From NCBI RefSeq assembly GCF_018977255.1, contig NW_024704743.1, positions 61,692,001 through 61,756,000 on the forward strand: DNA of 64,000 nucleotides, read 5' to 3'. Origin of the DNA: Callorhinchus milii. Its lineage: Eukaryota. Made by a program: the position numbers and the translations under genes. The notes beneath the pieces are model-generated. The model saw nothing but the letters and a program-made list of their open reading frames with translations. It had not been told where the DNA came from and ran no database searches. Positions 50,665 through 63,690 of this stretch are shown here, one piece after another (position 1 is the first letter of the stretch; each line of letters opens with the position of its first letter).

Positions 50665-50839
50665 AAATGCAAAATACTGCAGATGTTGGAAATCTGAAAC
50701 AAAAACAGAGGTCGTTGGGAATACTCTGAAGTTGCTGGGAGTTCTGACGAAGGGTCGAGGACCCGAAACGTTGACTCACTTTCCTTTCTCCATGGATGCT
50801 GCCTGACCTGCTGAGTGTTCCCAGCGACTTCTGTTCGAT
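50665..50839 (+). mobile_element. Penelope-like short insertion with inverted terminal segment and 11-bp TSD
   Basis: TTACAATGACA at 50654-50664 and 50840-50850. 50704-50726 is an inverted copy of 50813-50835. Confidence 0.7.
50739..50777 (+). ncRNA. Minimal type I hammerhead ribozyme motif
   Basis: GAGTT-CTGACGA-A-GGGTC-GAG-GACCC-GAAAC-GTT-GACTC: helix I GAGUU/GACUC, core CUGANGA and GAAA, 5-bp stem II, palindromic ACGU in place of stem III. Confidence 0.65.
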
Positions 50840-51555
50840 TTACAATGACATGAGTGTGGTGACACTGGGACTGTAATTGTAGACCTGTTCTAAGGTGATT
50901 GAAGGCTCAGGCTTGCAACTCAGAAAATCTCCAATGGTTACACCTTAAATGACTGAGTAGCCATTCACAGAATCAAGCTGTGCACTCCACATGACGATGG
51001 GGTAAGACAACATATCCTATACTTTGCCAGCCTTCATTAGCACCTTGGAATGTCCTCTCGACATGAAAGGCACAATATAAATGTAATTGCTGTTGTTGAT
51101 TCATCAGACCGGGCCACTCATTCAATAATAAGAACAGAGGGGTGAAAATTGCAACCAGTGGGTCAATGAGCAATGGTGTTCATTTGTTTTTAAAATTAAG
51201 CCAGTATTAAATAATTGACACTCCAAAGCTCATCGTTCAACAGAACACTCAAAAAACGACCAAACAAAATGCTAAAGGATACTGGAAGAGAGATTTATAA
51301 AAAGAAGTGATATTAGAAGAACAGATAGCAGTGTACACAAAGGCTGAATGGTCTCCTACGGTGCACAAAATGTCCATGTTTCCACAATGTGTTTCAACAC
51401 AAAACACAGCAATAAGTCTTGACAATTAAAATTGCTGCATAAAACTAGCATACCCAATCAATCAGTACTGCACCTGGTAAAAAGAGGAAAGCTTTCATCT
51501 TTATAATAAGTAACACTTCTTTCAATTAAAGGCTTTTGACAATTAGAAGCACAAA

Positions 51556-51770
51556 AGCTGAAATTCCACCTAGTCTCAGTTGGTAAGACCATTTTGTCTT
51601 AGAATTTAAGATCATGCAGAGTTGAGGAAAGTTCTTAAATTCAAACTTAATTTGGAAGTTTTGCAGCTCTTAATAAGAATCAACTTCCAAATTAAATCTG
51701 AATTTAATAACTTCCGCAATTCTCCATGATTTTGAAACTCCAACTAGCCCAGGTGCAGTTTTAAGCCTAC
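51556..51770. mobile_element. Palindromic MITE-like element
   Basis: Arms 51611-51660 and 51682-51730 are inverted complements (30/34 matches in the inner part). Related pieces lie at 11.2-12.4 kb and about 41710-41830. Confidence 0.7.
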
Positions 51771-53284
51771 TGAATGTTAGAAGTGAAGCACAATTAATTC
51801 TCACCTGCCAGACCAATTGATTGCCAAGTCTTTCTGTACTCCCAGCATCATCAGCGTCAAGTTGCTGAGATATCTATGCTTGTTACAGTTCCAGCTGCAC
51901 CCTATTGTAGTATTCAGTATAGAGTGAAAAATAACAAGTCTGTAAGTCAGAAGCACTGGACACAGTAAGAAACAAGTTGTCAATTAAATTAGAACCAGTG
52001 GCTTATTAGTTAGAAAGATTGATTATAAGTGACAGTGTGTCAATTAATTAATAAGAAAGCGCTTTATCAGTTGCATATTATATAACACCCTTCATGTTTT
52101 TACCTAACAGACAGCTCAGTACCAAGGTTACTACAAATAATTAAGCAGCTTTTAATGAACTAGGGGAGAAGACAATTTGAATTTGTGCTGCTGGCTAATG
52201 TGAATATCAAATGCAGTTTTTAATTTAAGAACATTCTAGACATAAGTAAAATAAGGTTATGAATACATTTATAAAATATTGATGACTTGCAAAAATTATA
52301 GTGAGAAATGGACAAACACGAGCAATATCAGAAAACTTAATGCACTATAGGCACTGTCTTCAAAAGGTACTTATGTGCATCTCAAGATGAAATGCAAGAA
52401 AAATATATTTTGGGGATTTTTTATCGCTGCTATTTTCAGATGAAATGTAATGGATTTCCACATTTCAGAATGCTGAAAATTATTAGGTAATTTCTGACAG
52501 GATTCCTGAGTGGGGATTCCATCTGGTAATCAGCAGTACTGTAAATCACACTGACTCATGGGAACTGTACATAAAATTGTTCAATCACCTCATGGCTTTT
52601 TGTGGGACATGGTTGTGCCCAAATTCGTTGCTGGGTTGGCCTATAGAATACATAGCCATTACAGTAAAATCTTGTGAAGCGCTTTGAGATGTCCTCCTAA
52701 CATAAAAGATACTATATCAAATTTGTATTATTACGCTGAAAGGGGATCACATGGGAGTGGGGATTCAGTGACTTGACACAATGTACTTCTGATTTAGTAT
52801 TTAGAGAATCCAATTAATTCCCTGCATAATTAACCCACATGAAATGGAAAAATGTCATTCTTCATGCCAAGCAAATCCTGTCTCCTTCTGGACTTCACAT
52901 AAACAACTCTGTTTCCTGGAGAAGTATTGTGTTGATGCTCCCTGAATCTCAAAATTGATGAACAACATTTCACAACATTTGTCCATCATCCCATCTATAT
53001 GATTTAATCTTGCCCTCTTCATCCATAGAAAACAATTGTCTGACTCTGAAGTAAAAACATCATAATGCCCACAGGCAAACACATTTGACAACCAGTGATC
53101 CACATGCATCAGTATGCGGCACTTCAAGAGTTAAACAGGGCACAATGTGGCCTGGGAATTGTCAAACATTATTCCTTATTCATTTCTTTGAAAACATGTT
53201 TGATTTCCCCCAAATGTAAGCATCTGTATAAATGCAAGTTGTTCACTTTATTCTCATAATCCTGGCTGAAGAAAACTTAAATTC

Positions 53285-53515
53285 TGCACAGCAGTGTCCC
53301 ACAAACAATTGTGGATTGAGTGACCAAATTATTATTTTTTTTGAAGGGATTATTACCCCCGGAAAAGAGATTCCACCAATCAACTAACAACCGAGTTCCT
53401 ACTTACTGCTTCGTAAGCAGAGGTGTGTGGAGCAAAGAAACTTGCCCAATGTTTTGCCCTGCAGGAATCAAACCCAGGTTCACTCACTTGTGAGGCGAGT
53501 GCTCTAAGCATTGAC
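53285..53515 (-). mobile_element. tRNA-derived SINE, long variant, 5' part
   Basis: Homologous to 49982-50356. Confidence 0.8.
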
Positions 53516-55252
53516 TTCATCATACAGGGTAGCACCTCGGAGCGCTGAACAATGGTGTAGTTTGATGCCATGACTCTTGCATTCCAAGGGAATGCTGTTA
53601 GTGAAGTTATTGCTTTGATTGATCTCCCAGTGAGCAATACACTTCAATGAAAATTTACATTCATATAGTACCTTTCATGTTGGAAGGATATCCCAAGGCA
53701 CTTGACAACCTGATTCAGCATCCAAAGTGAGGGTGGTAGCTAAGAGGAGTGGAGAGGAGAAAATGGCAGAAGGCGCAGTCAAAGAGGAAATTGGTGAGAT
53801 GGACAGGACATGAGCAGCTGAAAACACACATTGTGAATCGATGGGGTTTTGAAATGTCTGCATCCAAACAATTTTCTCTGGTTTTGATGATGTGTCGTCT
53901 CTCTTCCTGAAGCTTGGCTGTGATATTAACATAGCAGGAGTTTGTCTGGTAAATCTGAAATGCAAACTCAACTTAATTTCAGCAGTTAAAGAAAGAAAAT
54001 ATAGAACGTGTTTTTGTGTTGAACATCTTAAAGCTCTTCACAAGTAATTATTGTCAATTGCAATGACTGTGGTTGTCAGTAACCATAGGAGCAATTTGTG
54101 CATAGCAAATTCCCACAAATAGCCATAAGGTGAATGATACGGGGAGAAACTTCCTTCTCTGTTGGAATATTTTCAGAGTTCACCAGAAAAAGTAGACTTG
54201 ACCTTTGTTTAATATCTCATCTGAAAGACAATGCAACACTCCCCCATTACTACACTGGAGTGTGGGCTATGAGCTCAAGCCCCAACATAGAGTCTGAATC
54301 CTGGTTTGTCAAACAAGACACATTTTATCTTTGGCAATTAAGCAGAAATTAGTTTCTGAGCCTCCCAAAGACTAAGCATGCAAATCCATAGTGATGTGAA
54401 AAGATGTAGCAAATTGTGCATCTTCGAATGTTTATAGGTATCATGAGGTTCATGTATGTACATGGAATTGTTCACTTGGAGTGCTTGTTCAGTGTTTCCT
54501 TGTGAATCACAGAAATTGCAGCTTTGCCATTTTTACCCAAGGTACATTACACATTTGAGTTTTTTTCTAGATCCCTGTGCCCAGATCTTTTTGAGAAAAT
54601 CAACGTTGTTGTGGAGATCTGTTTTTGCACATCACAGGGATAAGCAGATTAACTGGAGAGATAGCTTCCTTCTCCTACTGTGCTCAGCCAAATTGTATGT
54701 AATTTACAATGGGAAATGCTCATGTCATTGCACATCTCAATGCAAATGGACATTTTGCACTGCCTCATGAAGCAGCTGAATGGCTTTTTCCAAGTCTGGC
54801 TGTGTGTTGGAGGTACCAGTTGCAACTCATTACTGGTATACCTTGGCTAACTTATGCTCTGGTCAACCCTCCTGCTTGTATGATGCTCCAGAGGAAGTAA
54901 AAACAACAACAGCAACAACGACAAATTTCTATCATTCTGTTTGTTAACTTGATCAGATAGCACTTCTCAGCGGAAGGGCTGCTGGCCTCTCACGGTGACC
55001 TAGTGGTGAATATGTACACATTCATCTATTGACAGCCAATGTTTAATTTGGAAAGATACATGAACTACAAATGCTTTCACAATTAAACCACTGCAGAAGC
55101 ACAAATACAATCATTTCATTTAATAACTGTAGGCACACCAAATAATGCTGACATATTGATTTATACTCAGGATTCTTCAAATACTTTTAATAACAATAAA
55201 AAAAAATCCTTGCATTTGAAAATGTGTCTTTCATGACTCAGAGGATCTACTA

Positions 55253-55690
55253 TCCTGCAGCGCAGTCATTAAAGCACTCACCTCACAAGCGAGAGGACCC
55301 GGGTTCGATTGCTGGGTAGGGCAGAACCAAGTTTCCTTACTCCACAAGCCTCTGTTTACCTAGACTTAAGTAGGAACCTGGTTGTTAGTCAATTGGCAGA
55401 TCACTTTTCCTGGGGTAATAACCCCTTAAAAAAAATTAAATAATACTAATTTGGCAGTTCAATCCACAATCGTTTGTGGGACACTACTGTGCTCAATTGG
55501 CTGCCGTATTTTGCCCACAAATCACAGTCAATTCACTTTACAACAATAAGAAGATTACATTTGTATAGTGGCTTTCACATCGGGAGGACGTCCCAAGGAG
55601 CTGAATACAATATATGCTATGAAGCGCTTGGAGACATCTCAACAAAGTGGTAAGGCGCTATATCATATGCTAAAATTATTGTTATTATAA
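55253..55690 (+). mobile_element. Long-variant SINE with nested antisense L2 tail (about 55541-55605)
   Basis: B box GGGTTCGATTGC. The L2 tail hairpin appears in the opposite orientation inside the body. Confidence 0.75.
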
Positions 55691-55694
55691 AGTG

Positions 55695-56065
55695 TATTAA
55701 CTGCATATTTTGTAGGTGAATGCAGCAGTCAATTTGCCCACACATCAATTTCTATAAACAGCCATGAAGTGAATGACCAATTTTATCTCGGAGAACTGCT
55801 GGATAAGAACTGCGAGATAACAATTTTATCTCGGAGAACCTCTCTTCTTTTTCCATATAATGCTATGGAATCTTTAATATCCTCTTGAATAGGGACTTTG
55901 ATTTGACATCCCATCTGAAGGATGGCACCTCCAACAATGCAGCGCTCCCCACTGCTGCATTCTAGTGTCAGAGTCGACTGTGAGTTCAATATCCCAAGGT
56001 GGGGTTTGAATCCACAACCTATTGACTCAGAAGTGAGAGTGCTACCCACTGAGCCAGGCTAACAC
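55695..56065 (-). mobile_element. Deu-domain SINE
   Basis: Head in reverse GACTCAGAAGTGAGAGTGCTACCCACTGAGCCA, core CATCTGAAGGATGGCACCTCC. Confidence 0.7.
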
Positions 56066-56849
56066 AATGGAGGTATGCACATTTGAGAAGACCTCAGGGG
56101 CACTGCTATTCTGAATTAATTTTCTTATTCCTAACTAAAGGAGACAGCAGTCATTATTTGTATGACTTACTAGACTCAGGACCAATCCCCAATCTTGAGG
56201 TGCTGTCCTTGTTGCCTTGGTGATTCAATAGTAGGACTATCATTTTCTGGGTGCCCTGCTATTCTGTGCACTTGATTGTTTTTTACATTGTGCTGTAGCT
56301 CAGAGTTGCAACTCTTTCTGCATCATTGATTCGTTTACCACACACTTCACGATTTCTGGGCACATCTGCACATTATCAATTTTGTTTTTTTGACATTGAT
56401 GGTCCACACCTTTCAATAGTTCTCTGGAGTCAATAACATTGTTTCATTGCCAAAGAACATGATTTATTTGCATTGTGAAACCAATGCTTCAAGTTTCCTT
56501 GCATCAAAACGTAATTGTTAATGTCTGATCCTTATTCTCTTCTGCTCTGGAAGAATAGATCATTTCACATGTTTCGGTCAAATAGCTCATTTCCGTTTAT
56601 TTACTTATTAAATTTTAATAATTTCAAGCTATCTTGACACAATAAAATTAACATTTATACAGTATGGTTCGCACAGGGAAGATATCTAAAACAGCCCAAA
56701 GCGCTGGATGTATGGTCCAACAGTATGATAAACATCCAGTGGAGGTGAAGATTGGCCAGTTATTTCTTTTTATGGGAAGATTTTGCACAGCAGGAGGCAG
56801 TGCAATTGGGCAGTTGAAAGGCTATACACATCAGGACTCAAACTCACAT

Positions 56850-57183
56850 AGTCTAAGCTGACACTCCAATGCAGTGCTGGGGTTGTGTTGCATTGTTAGA
56901 GGTGCCGTCCTTCAGATGAGATGTTAAACCGAGGTCCCTTCTGCCTGTTCAGGTGGACTTTAAATATCCATGGCACTGAAGGGAGTTTCTCCCGGTATCC
57001 TGGCTGACAATCCCCCAAATAAAATTGGTCACTCACTCCATGACTGTTTGTAGGACTCTGCTATGGGTAATTGTGCTGCCATGTTTGAGTGCAAAAAACA
57101 GTCATTCCATTTCACAGTAATTCCTGTGAAGCGCTTTCAGACGTCCATCCAAGGTGATAAGCCAAAACACCAAAGGCAAGGAC

Positions 57184-57233
<50 letters not shown>
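56850..57233 (+). mobile_element. Deu-domain SINE with long (TTA)n tail
   Basis: GAGGTGCCGTCCTTCAGATGAGATGTTAAACCGAGGTCCC core and a (TTA)n run at about 57184-57233. Confidence 0.8.
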
Positions 57234-57235
<2 letters not shown>

Positions 57236-58207
57236 CCTGGCCCACCAGATGATGGGCACAGAGAAGATCTCAGCTCTTCTAAACTATAAGGTAGAAGGAG
57301 AGGAGGCGGTTGATGTAGGACTGAGCCAGACTTATAAAGGTCTTTGTGATAATAGTGTTCCTTAACACAATTAACAGCCTATGAGCTAATATACAATGAA
57401 TTTGAATAGGAAAGGTTTGAGCTTGTCCTTCCCAACTTCCTCACTGCACACTGAACCTTGTCCTCTTATGGCTGAACACAAGAAGCATCAGCAGTGATGC
57501 TGATGTGTTGTAGGAGGATGTCAAAGATATCATTCTCACAAGAAGGAGCAAAGAGGAGGTATGAGGAGGAGAATAATCCATAAGGGGAGATAATGTTCTC
57601 CACCTTAAAGCCCTCGCACCCCCCATACACACACACTACATACACATAACAGCGCAGCATGTAGCACAATTACAAATTGTCACTCAGATAAAGGCAAGGT
57701 AGATTATGGGTTAGCATGTTGTGCACCATGAAGTACTGCAGTGGTGAGGAGAGGGGGTGAGAAGTGTCACTGCACAGTGAGAAAATTTATTGAAATGGTG
57801 TCTCGTTGGAAGCAGCAAAGTGTCCCTGGGTTGAGGTGCAATGGTCCATGCACCTGTTTCTCTTACTCCTCAGCCTTCGGGAACACATCATCAGGGGTCC
57901 TGCTCTCTGTCCGTCTCTCACAGGCTTTGAAATCATTGAATCAGGCTGGTGAACAGGCAGTGAGGTGGAAGAGAAAAGACACAGCACAACACTTTTTGTA
58001 ATTTTAGTGTTTCCAATTTGTTCTCATTTTCTTCCGATTGGCATATGGCTCTGCTCCTAGCTACCAACCTTATACTGGTGTAGTTCTGTGGGCACTGGTT
58101 TCCCTCCAGGATTGCCCAAATGCCCATTGTTTATGGGTGAGCTATGGTAGTGAGTGTGAGTAGCCCTTCCTGACCTTTTCTCACTCAGCTGCCACACACA
58201 TGCACTA

Positions 58208-58221
58208 CCAGTAGAGGGCAC
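58208..58221 (+). promoter_or_regulatory. Candidate CTCF core motif
   Basis: CCAGTAGAGGGCAC matches the consensus CCASYAGRKGGCRS exactly. It lies in an old SINE-like sequence. Binding cannot be shown from sequence. Confidence 0.35.
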
Positions 58222-58245
58222 TGAAGATGGCCAGGTATAGGAAAC

Positions 58246-58354
58246 TCAAAATAAAAATAGAAGTCGCTGGGACCACACAGCAGCAGGTCAGGCAGCATCT
58301 ATGGAGAGAGGAAAATATGTTAATGTTTCGGGTCGATGACCTTTTGTCAGAACT
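58246..58354 (-). mobile_element. Penelope-like repeat with decayed hammerhead motif
   Basis: The - strand reads GTTCTGACAAAAGGTCATCGACCCGAAACATTAAC. Another decayed copy lies on the + strand at about 58945-59055. Confidence 0.65.
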
Positions 58355-59069
58355 GAAACCCAGCCCTTTTTAACCTCCCAAACAATGCCAATTTAACCTC
58401 CCCATACAGCCCCAAGCAAACTCAGCAATGGACTGAGATTTGAACCAGCACGTTCCCAGTTTGTAAATTATACATTATTAATCACACTGTTGGGGCTGCC
58501 CTCATGTTCTTATTTTTGAACATATGTGAATAAATAGTTTGAGCACATAACTCAAGTCCATAGATTTTTTCTGTGTTCTTCCTAGCATTTCTCCCACAGA
58601 TATCTTTCCAACATGAATATGGTGTATGGTGTTCCCAAGAAATGTACAAATGGCGGAGGGGAGGGTGTGTGTGTGTGCGGCGGGGGGGGGGGGGGGGGGA
58701 GGGGAGTGTGGGGGGAGATTTGTGTAATTTCCAACCTCCAAGAAACCTTTTCAAAACACATAGATTTTTCAGGCAAAAGGTAAAGTAGTAAAGATGCTGA
58801 AAATCTGAAATAAAACCTTGTACCATCTCGCACTATCAACACTTCTGATCCCATCGTCTCCTGTACTCCACCTAAATGTTTCCTTTGTTTTTCTTACCCC
58901 ATCCCCTCCTTTGTTTGTCCTTAGAATCTGCTTCCTTCCAACATCCCCCAGTTCTGACAAAAGGTCATTGACCTGAAATATTAACTCACTTTCCTCTCTT
59001 CATAGAGGCCTGACCTGCCGAAGGTTCCCAGCGATTTCTGCATTTATTTTAGATTCTTCAAGATCACCC

Positions 59070-60050
59070 CACCCCATTCCGTCTCCTTCCCCCCCACCAA
59101 ACACCACCCCCCCCACTCACCTCCTATCACTGCCCCCAACCTATATTCCTTTGCCTGCATCTCTCCTTCCTCCCTCTCATCCACCAGCACCCTGATGAAA
59201 CCCACCACCTGTTGCCTTGACTCCTTCCCACCCAGTTGCTGATCACCCAGCACCCCCTCCTCTGGCCATTGCTGGCAGACACTATTAATCAGTTCCTCTC
59301 CTCAGGATCAGTTCTACTTGCCCTCAAAACCACCGCCATCACCCCACTCCTTAAAAAACTTCCCCTCTTTCCCTCCAACCACATGCATTACCGCCCTATT
59401 TCAAACCTGCCTAAAGCTTTAGAATGTGTTTTTGCCAACCAACTTCACGCACACCTTTCCCTCCATTCCCTACTCGAACCCCTCCAGTCCAGTTTTCGCT
59501 CTGTTAAACATCAACAAGATGGAAACAAGACAGAAGTCATACTCTTTGGCTCCCGTTGACTTCTTCTGCCCTGTGGTCCAGACCTGCTCAACCTACTTTA
59601 TCTGTACTTAAAACTTTCTGAACCTGTGCGCAACTTAAGTGTCAGGTTCAATCCCCAATTACCCTTCCTCCCCGACATCCAGTCCCTGGCCAGGACTGCT
59701 TTCCTCCACCTCCACCACATTGCCCATCTCCAATAATACAACAACAACATCAACAACAACTTGTATTTGTATAGCGCTCTCCACGTCGGGTGGTGTCCCA
59801 GAGCACTTAACAATGGTGGAGCCCGATGCTGAGCAAGGGGGAGGAGGAAGGTGACCATAGATATGGTCGAAGAAAAGGTCGTCCAGCGCAACCTGAAAAT
59901 GGGGAAAAAGGGGGCAAGGCGAAGGGATTGAGAGAGGGAGTTCCATAGCTTTGGGGCGTAGTGCCTGAAGGCATGGCCGCTGATGGTGAGTAGAGGATTC
60001 GAGGGACAAGGAGGAGGCCAGAGCTGAGAGAGCGGAGGCAGCAGGAGGTG
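59070..60050. mobile_element. L2 fragment (+, about 59070-59735) adjoined by an L2 3' end (-, about 59736-60050)
   Basis: LKTTAITPLLKK...YRPISNLP...LEPLQSSFRS on the + strand, with a (CAA)n tail and L2 3' motifs on the - strand. Confidence 0.8.
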
Positions 60051-60720
60051 CTATGAGTTGCAGCCAACTGAATACTGGCCGCTTCTCTAACACCCAAGCC
60101 TGAACTCTTCCCACCTGGCTGCCACACATAAACACAACAAATAAAGGATGCTGAAGAAAGCCTAGGGATCCTAGTGTTTGACCACAAAATACAAAGTCAC
60201 TCCAGTTTATTGCATATCCTGTGAAGCACTTCAAGACATCCTCCAGCCGTGAGAGCTGCTATACTGAATGTAAGGATTATTATTATAAATTCTTCTGAGA
60301 AAATTCAAATTTAATTGGCTATTATTTATTTGTGGGGTGTTCTATGAAGTGCTTGGAAATGTGGAAGGGAAGATATAAACTTCAGTTATAGTTGGTTGTG
60401 GAAAAGGGTCAAGTTTATTAATGGGATCACAATAGGAACTGAGCAGACTGTATCTTATCCGGTGGGACTGGGCAGAACACAGGATAAATATAACTTAAAT
60501 GAGCGCCAGGCTAAAAGCTTGCTAATTGTTTTCCTGTTGTCATCTCAACTGAAACTAAAAGCTTTCCCGAGATCCAAAAAACAAAGCCTAAACAACAAAT
60601 GGCTATTACTGTACCCTCATTGACCTTGTTCCAAAAACTTTCAGGGGCCCAAACAATTAAGCCATAAAAGCACCTGCAAAATAATAGTAATAATAATTCT
60701 CGCATTTGATATAGCACCTT

Positions 60721-61159
60721 AATAATAATAATAATAATCCTTGCATTTGATATAGCGCTTTTCACGTCGGGAGGACGTCCCAAAGCGCTTCACAGAACAC
60801 ACTGTAAAGTGAATTGACTGTATATTTGTGGGCGAACGCGGCAGCCAATTGCGCACAGCAATGTCCCACAAACAGTCGTAGATTGAAAATGACCAACTTA
60901 TTATTGTTTTTGTTTTTGGAGGGATTACTTTTTCTTACTCCACACGCCTAATAATAATCCCTCCAAAACCAAAAACAATAATAAAAATTGGTCATTTTCA
61001 ATCTACGACTGTTTGTGGGACATTGGTGTGCGCAATTGGCTGCCGCGTTCGCCCACAAATATACAGTCAATTCACTTTACAGTGTGTTCTGTGAAGCGCT
61101 TTGGGACATCCTCCCGACGTGAAAAGTGCTATATCAAATGCAAGGATTATTATTATTAT
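60721..61159. repeat. Head-to-head inverted pair of 5'-truncated SINEs (~205-bp arms, 27-bp spacer)
   Basis: 60721-60927 (-) and 60955-61159 (+) are reverse complements with about 5-6 differences by my count. Confidence 0.92.
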
Positions 61160-63454
61160 CTCACAAATGACAATTATCACAGCACGTACTTTCATCCTTA
61201 CACAGACCAAGCTAATACGTATACAAATACCTGGGCATTTTTTGTTAAAAAATGTAGAAATTAAATTACTGGGACAATAGAAATATTCCATCCCAGTCCT
61301 TTATGTTGTAATGAGGCTGCTGAGAATAAGCCTTCTACAGGACGCTTGTGTGCTATACCTCTGACTCTGTGTCTTTCACTTTAACCTGCACTCTTTAATT
61401 GTCTCTTAAACAAAATGTACACAGAGAATAGCACTACCCTATTTGGATTATGTTACATTATGTCAGATTGGTCCAATTCACATGAAGATGCAACAATCTC
61501 TCTTGGTTAATGAGGTTGGCCCTACATACAACAAAGGCTAATCTGTAAAAGCTAAGACCCAGGTTTAAACTCTGCTGTGTGCATCACTGTGCTGGAAATA
61601 GGAGTCATTGAACATATCGCAAAAGGTCAATAGCTATCACAAAAGGTCCAGGTCACAGCTTCCCAGTGACCCTGTTTTATCTTTGAAGGTTGTTCAATTG
61701 AATTATTTCAAAAAACGCTTGCCCTTTATCATCTTGCGTTTAGTATCTGCTCCAAGACACAGCAGTAGCAGGTCGACTGTGATGTTTTACTGATAAAATA
61801 GATGAATAAAAATTAATGATTGGCAATACGAGTGACGCCCACAGAATGTTCCTATTCTTAATTTCCAAATGGTGTCAGCAAGGTTCTGCTCCTAACCAGT
61901 ATTTCTGTAAGGTTATCTTTAATATTCGAAAAGGTCACTGGACAGGAAGATTTCCAGCCTTCAGGCAAGACCTTAAACAACTATATCTGCTTGTTGAGGT
62001 GGATGTTAAAGATCGCACAGCACTGTTTGAAAAGAGAATAGTTTCTCCTGCTGCACTGACCAACCATCCTCCAGATAAATACTGTAGGACATTCACTTTA
62101 TGGTTGTTTATGGGACATTGCTATATGTAAATTGGCCACATTTGCCATCAAAAGCATTTAATAATAAAACTAATAATAATCCTTGCATTTGATGTACTGT
62201 AGTATCAGGTTACACAACCCATTATGATATTTGGTGCCTACATTAACAATAAAGTCATTCAAACTAGAGTTTGAAAGCAGTGAAGAGGTCATTTGTTGTG
62301 GTATACACAGATGATTTAGAATAACAACAACAAATTACTTTTATATAGTTCCTTTCACATCCAGAGGATATTCGAAAGCACTAAACCAGAGAACCAGAGA
62401 AATTTACAGCACAGAAGACCATTTGGCCTACTGTGTCTATGCCGGATCCCTCAAGAGCAATGCTTTCAGTCCCATTTACTTGGCCTTTCCCCAAAGCCCT
62501 GTAGCTGATTCGTTTTCAGATATTTGCATTACAATGCAATGGATCAAGTCATCGGAAATTTACTGCCACATCTGGGCTGACAATACAAACAAGTTAATGA
62601 AAGTCAGGTTCCATATCGCACTTTTCCAAGTCAACAAATTTAAGGTGGGCTTTAATCTAGTCCATTTTTATGAGTCGCCAGGTCTAATCAGAAGTGGCTT
62701 TATATTTTAATCACAATTCTGTCTGATCTTGAAACGTCACTTAAAACATGGATGACAAATATATGAAGCGAGAAACCTGAGTGCCTGATTCAGTCCCAAA
62801 CACATCAACAATTACACAACCAGCCCTGAGACTGCACATTAAATTATCACATGATTCCATATACAATAAGATCTCTCACAAATCTGTGTTATACAGAATT
62901 CTTCTAGATCTGAGATGAACAGTCAAATTATTTAATCTCCAATAATACAGCCTCATGCTTCATTTGTAGTGTTGGAGCAATTCATATTTTTTTCCAGCAG
63001 CAAAGGTATTGGGAACCCAAAACTTAGTCTTTATTTCCCAACTAAAATTGCTCCATCCAGGTCTGGGGAGACCTCTGTGTAACTGACACTGGTTAATCTC
63101 TTTATCTGGATAAAGATCAGGAATGCAATTGTATAAACTTCTCAATTTTCTTTGTTCCAAGTTGCAAATTCTAGAAATCAGCCGAGGTGCAAACACAACT
63201 TACAGTGCAGCCAATTTATTGATTCCACTCTTGAATCCATCTCCCGACATGGAAGTGGGGAGGAAGGCAATCAATGGATTTTAAACCACGATTATTCTGC
63301 ACTTTTAGAATGGATTTGATGCAAAAACCGCATTGAATCAATGCTAAGCAAATTCCTTTCTAAGCCTATTTTCACATTGCGGAACATTGCACTGCGGAGG
63401 TAAAGTAATGTCACGGTTAAAAAAAAAATCCCAAATCTGGACAGCATTATTAAT

Positions 63455-63690
63455 ACAATATAATTTACATTTATATAGCACCTTTTGCACCAGAAGGACA
63501 TCTCAAAGTGCTTGACAAAGCTGGATAGGTTCCCAAGCTGAAGGTTGGAGCAGCAGGAGGGGGAGGGCAGGATGTGGGAGTTGACCAAAACGTAGTCAAA
63601 GAGCTACGTTTTAAGAGCTGCTTTCAAAGCGAGGGAGAGGGAGTGAGCGAGAGGGACTCTGGAATAGACTTCCAGTGAGTAAGGGTAGAA
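63455..63690 (-). mobile_element. L2 3' end fragment
   Basis: Tail CAATATAATTTACATTTATATAGCACCTTT...GGACATCTCAAAGTGC followed by purine-rich L2 antisense sequence. Confidence 0.65.

Noticed and set aside
57514..57558. Possible 45-nt + strand mini-exon (TAG|EDVKDIILTRRSKEE|GTATGA)
   Set aside because: Weak polypyrimidine tract, no neighbouring exons, and no recognised protein.
57787..57987. Minus-strand acceptor-like site and short ORFs
   Set aside because: No frame gives a recognisable peptide.
58682..58699. Long poly-G run
   Set aside because: A simple homopolymer whose length is unreliable in assemblies.
62960..63196. 78-aa minus ORF as the terminal exon of an upstream gene
   Set aside because: A TTTCTAG acceptor-like site exists, but I recognise no homology (it is not the ANKS6 C-terminus as I recall it). 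It cannot be supported without a search.
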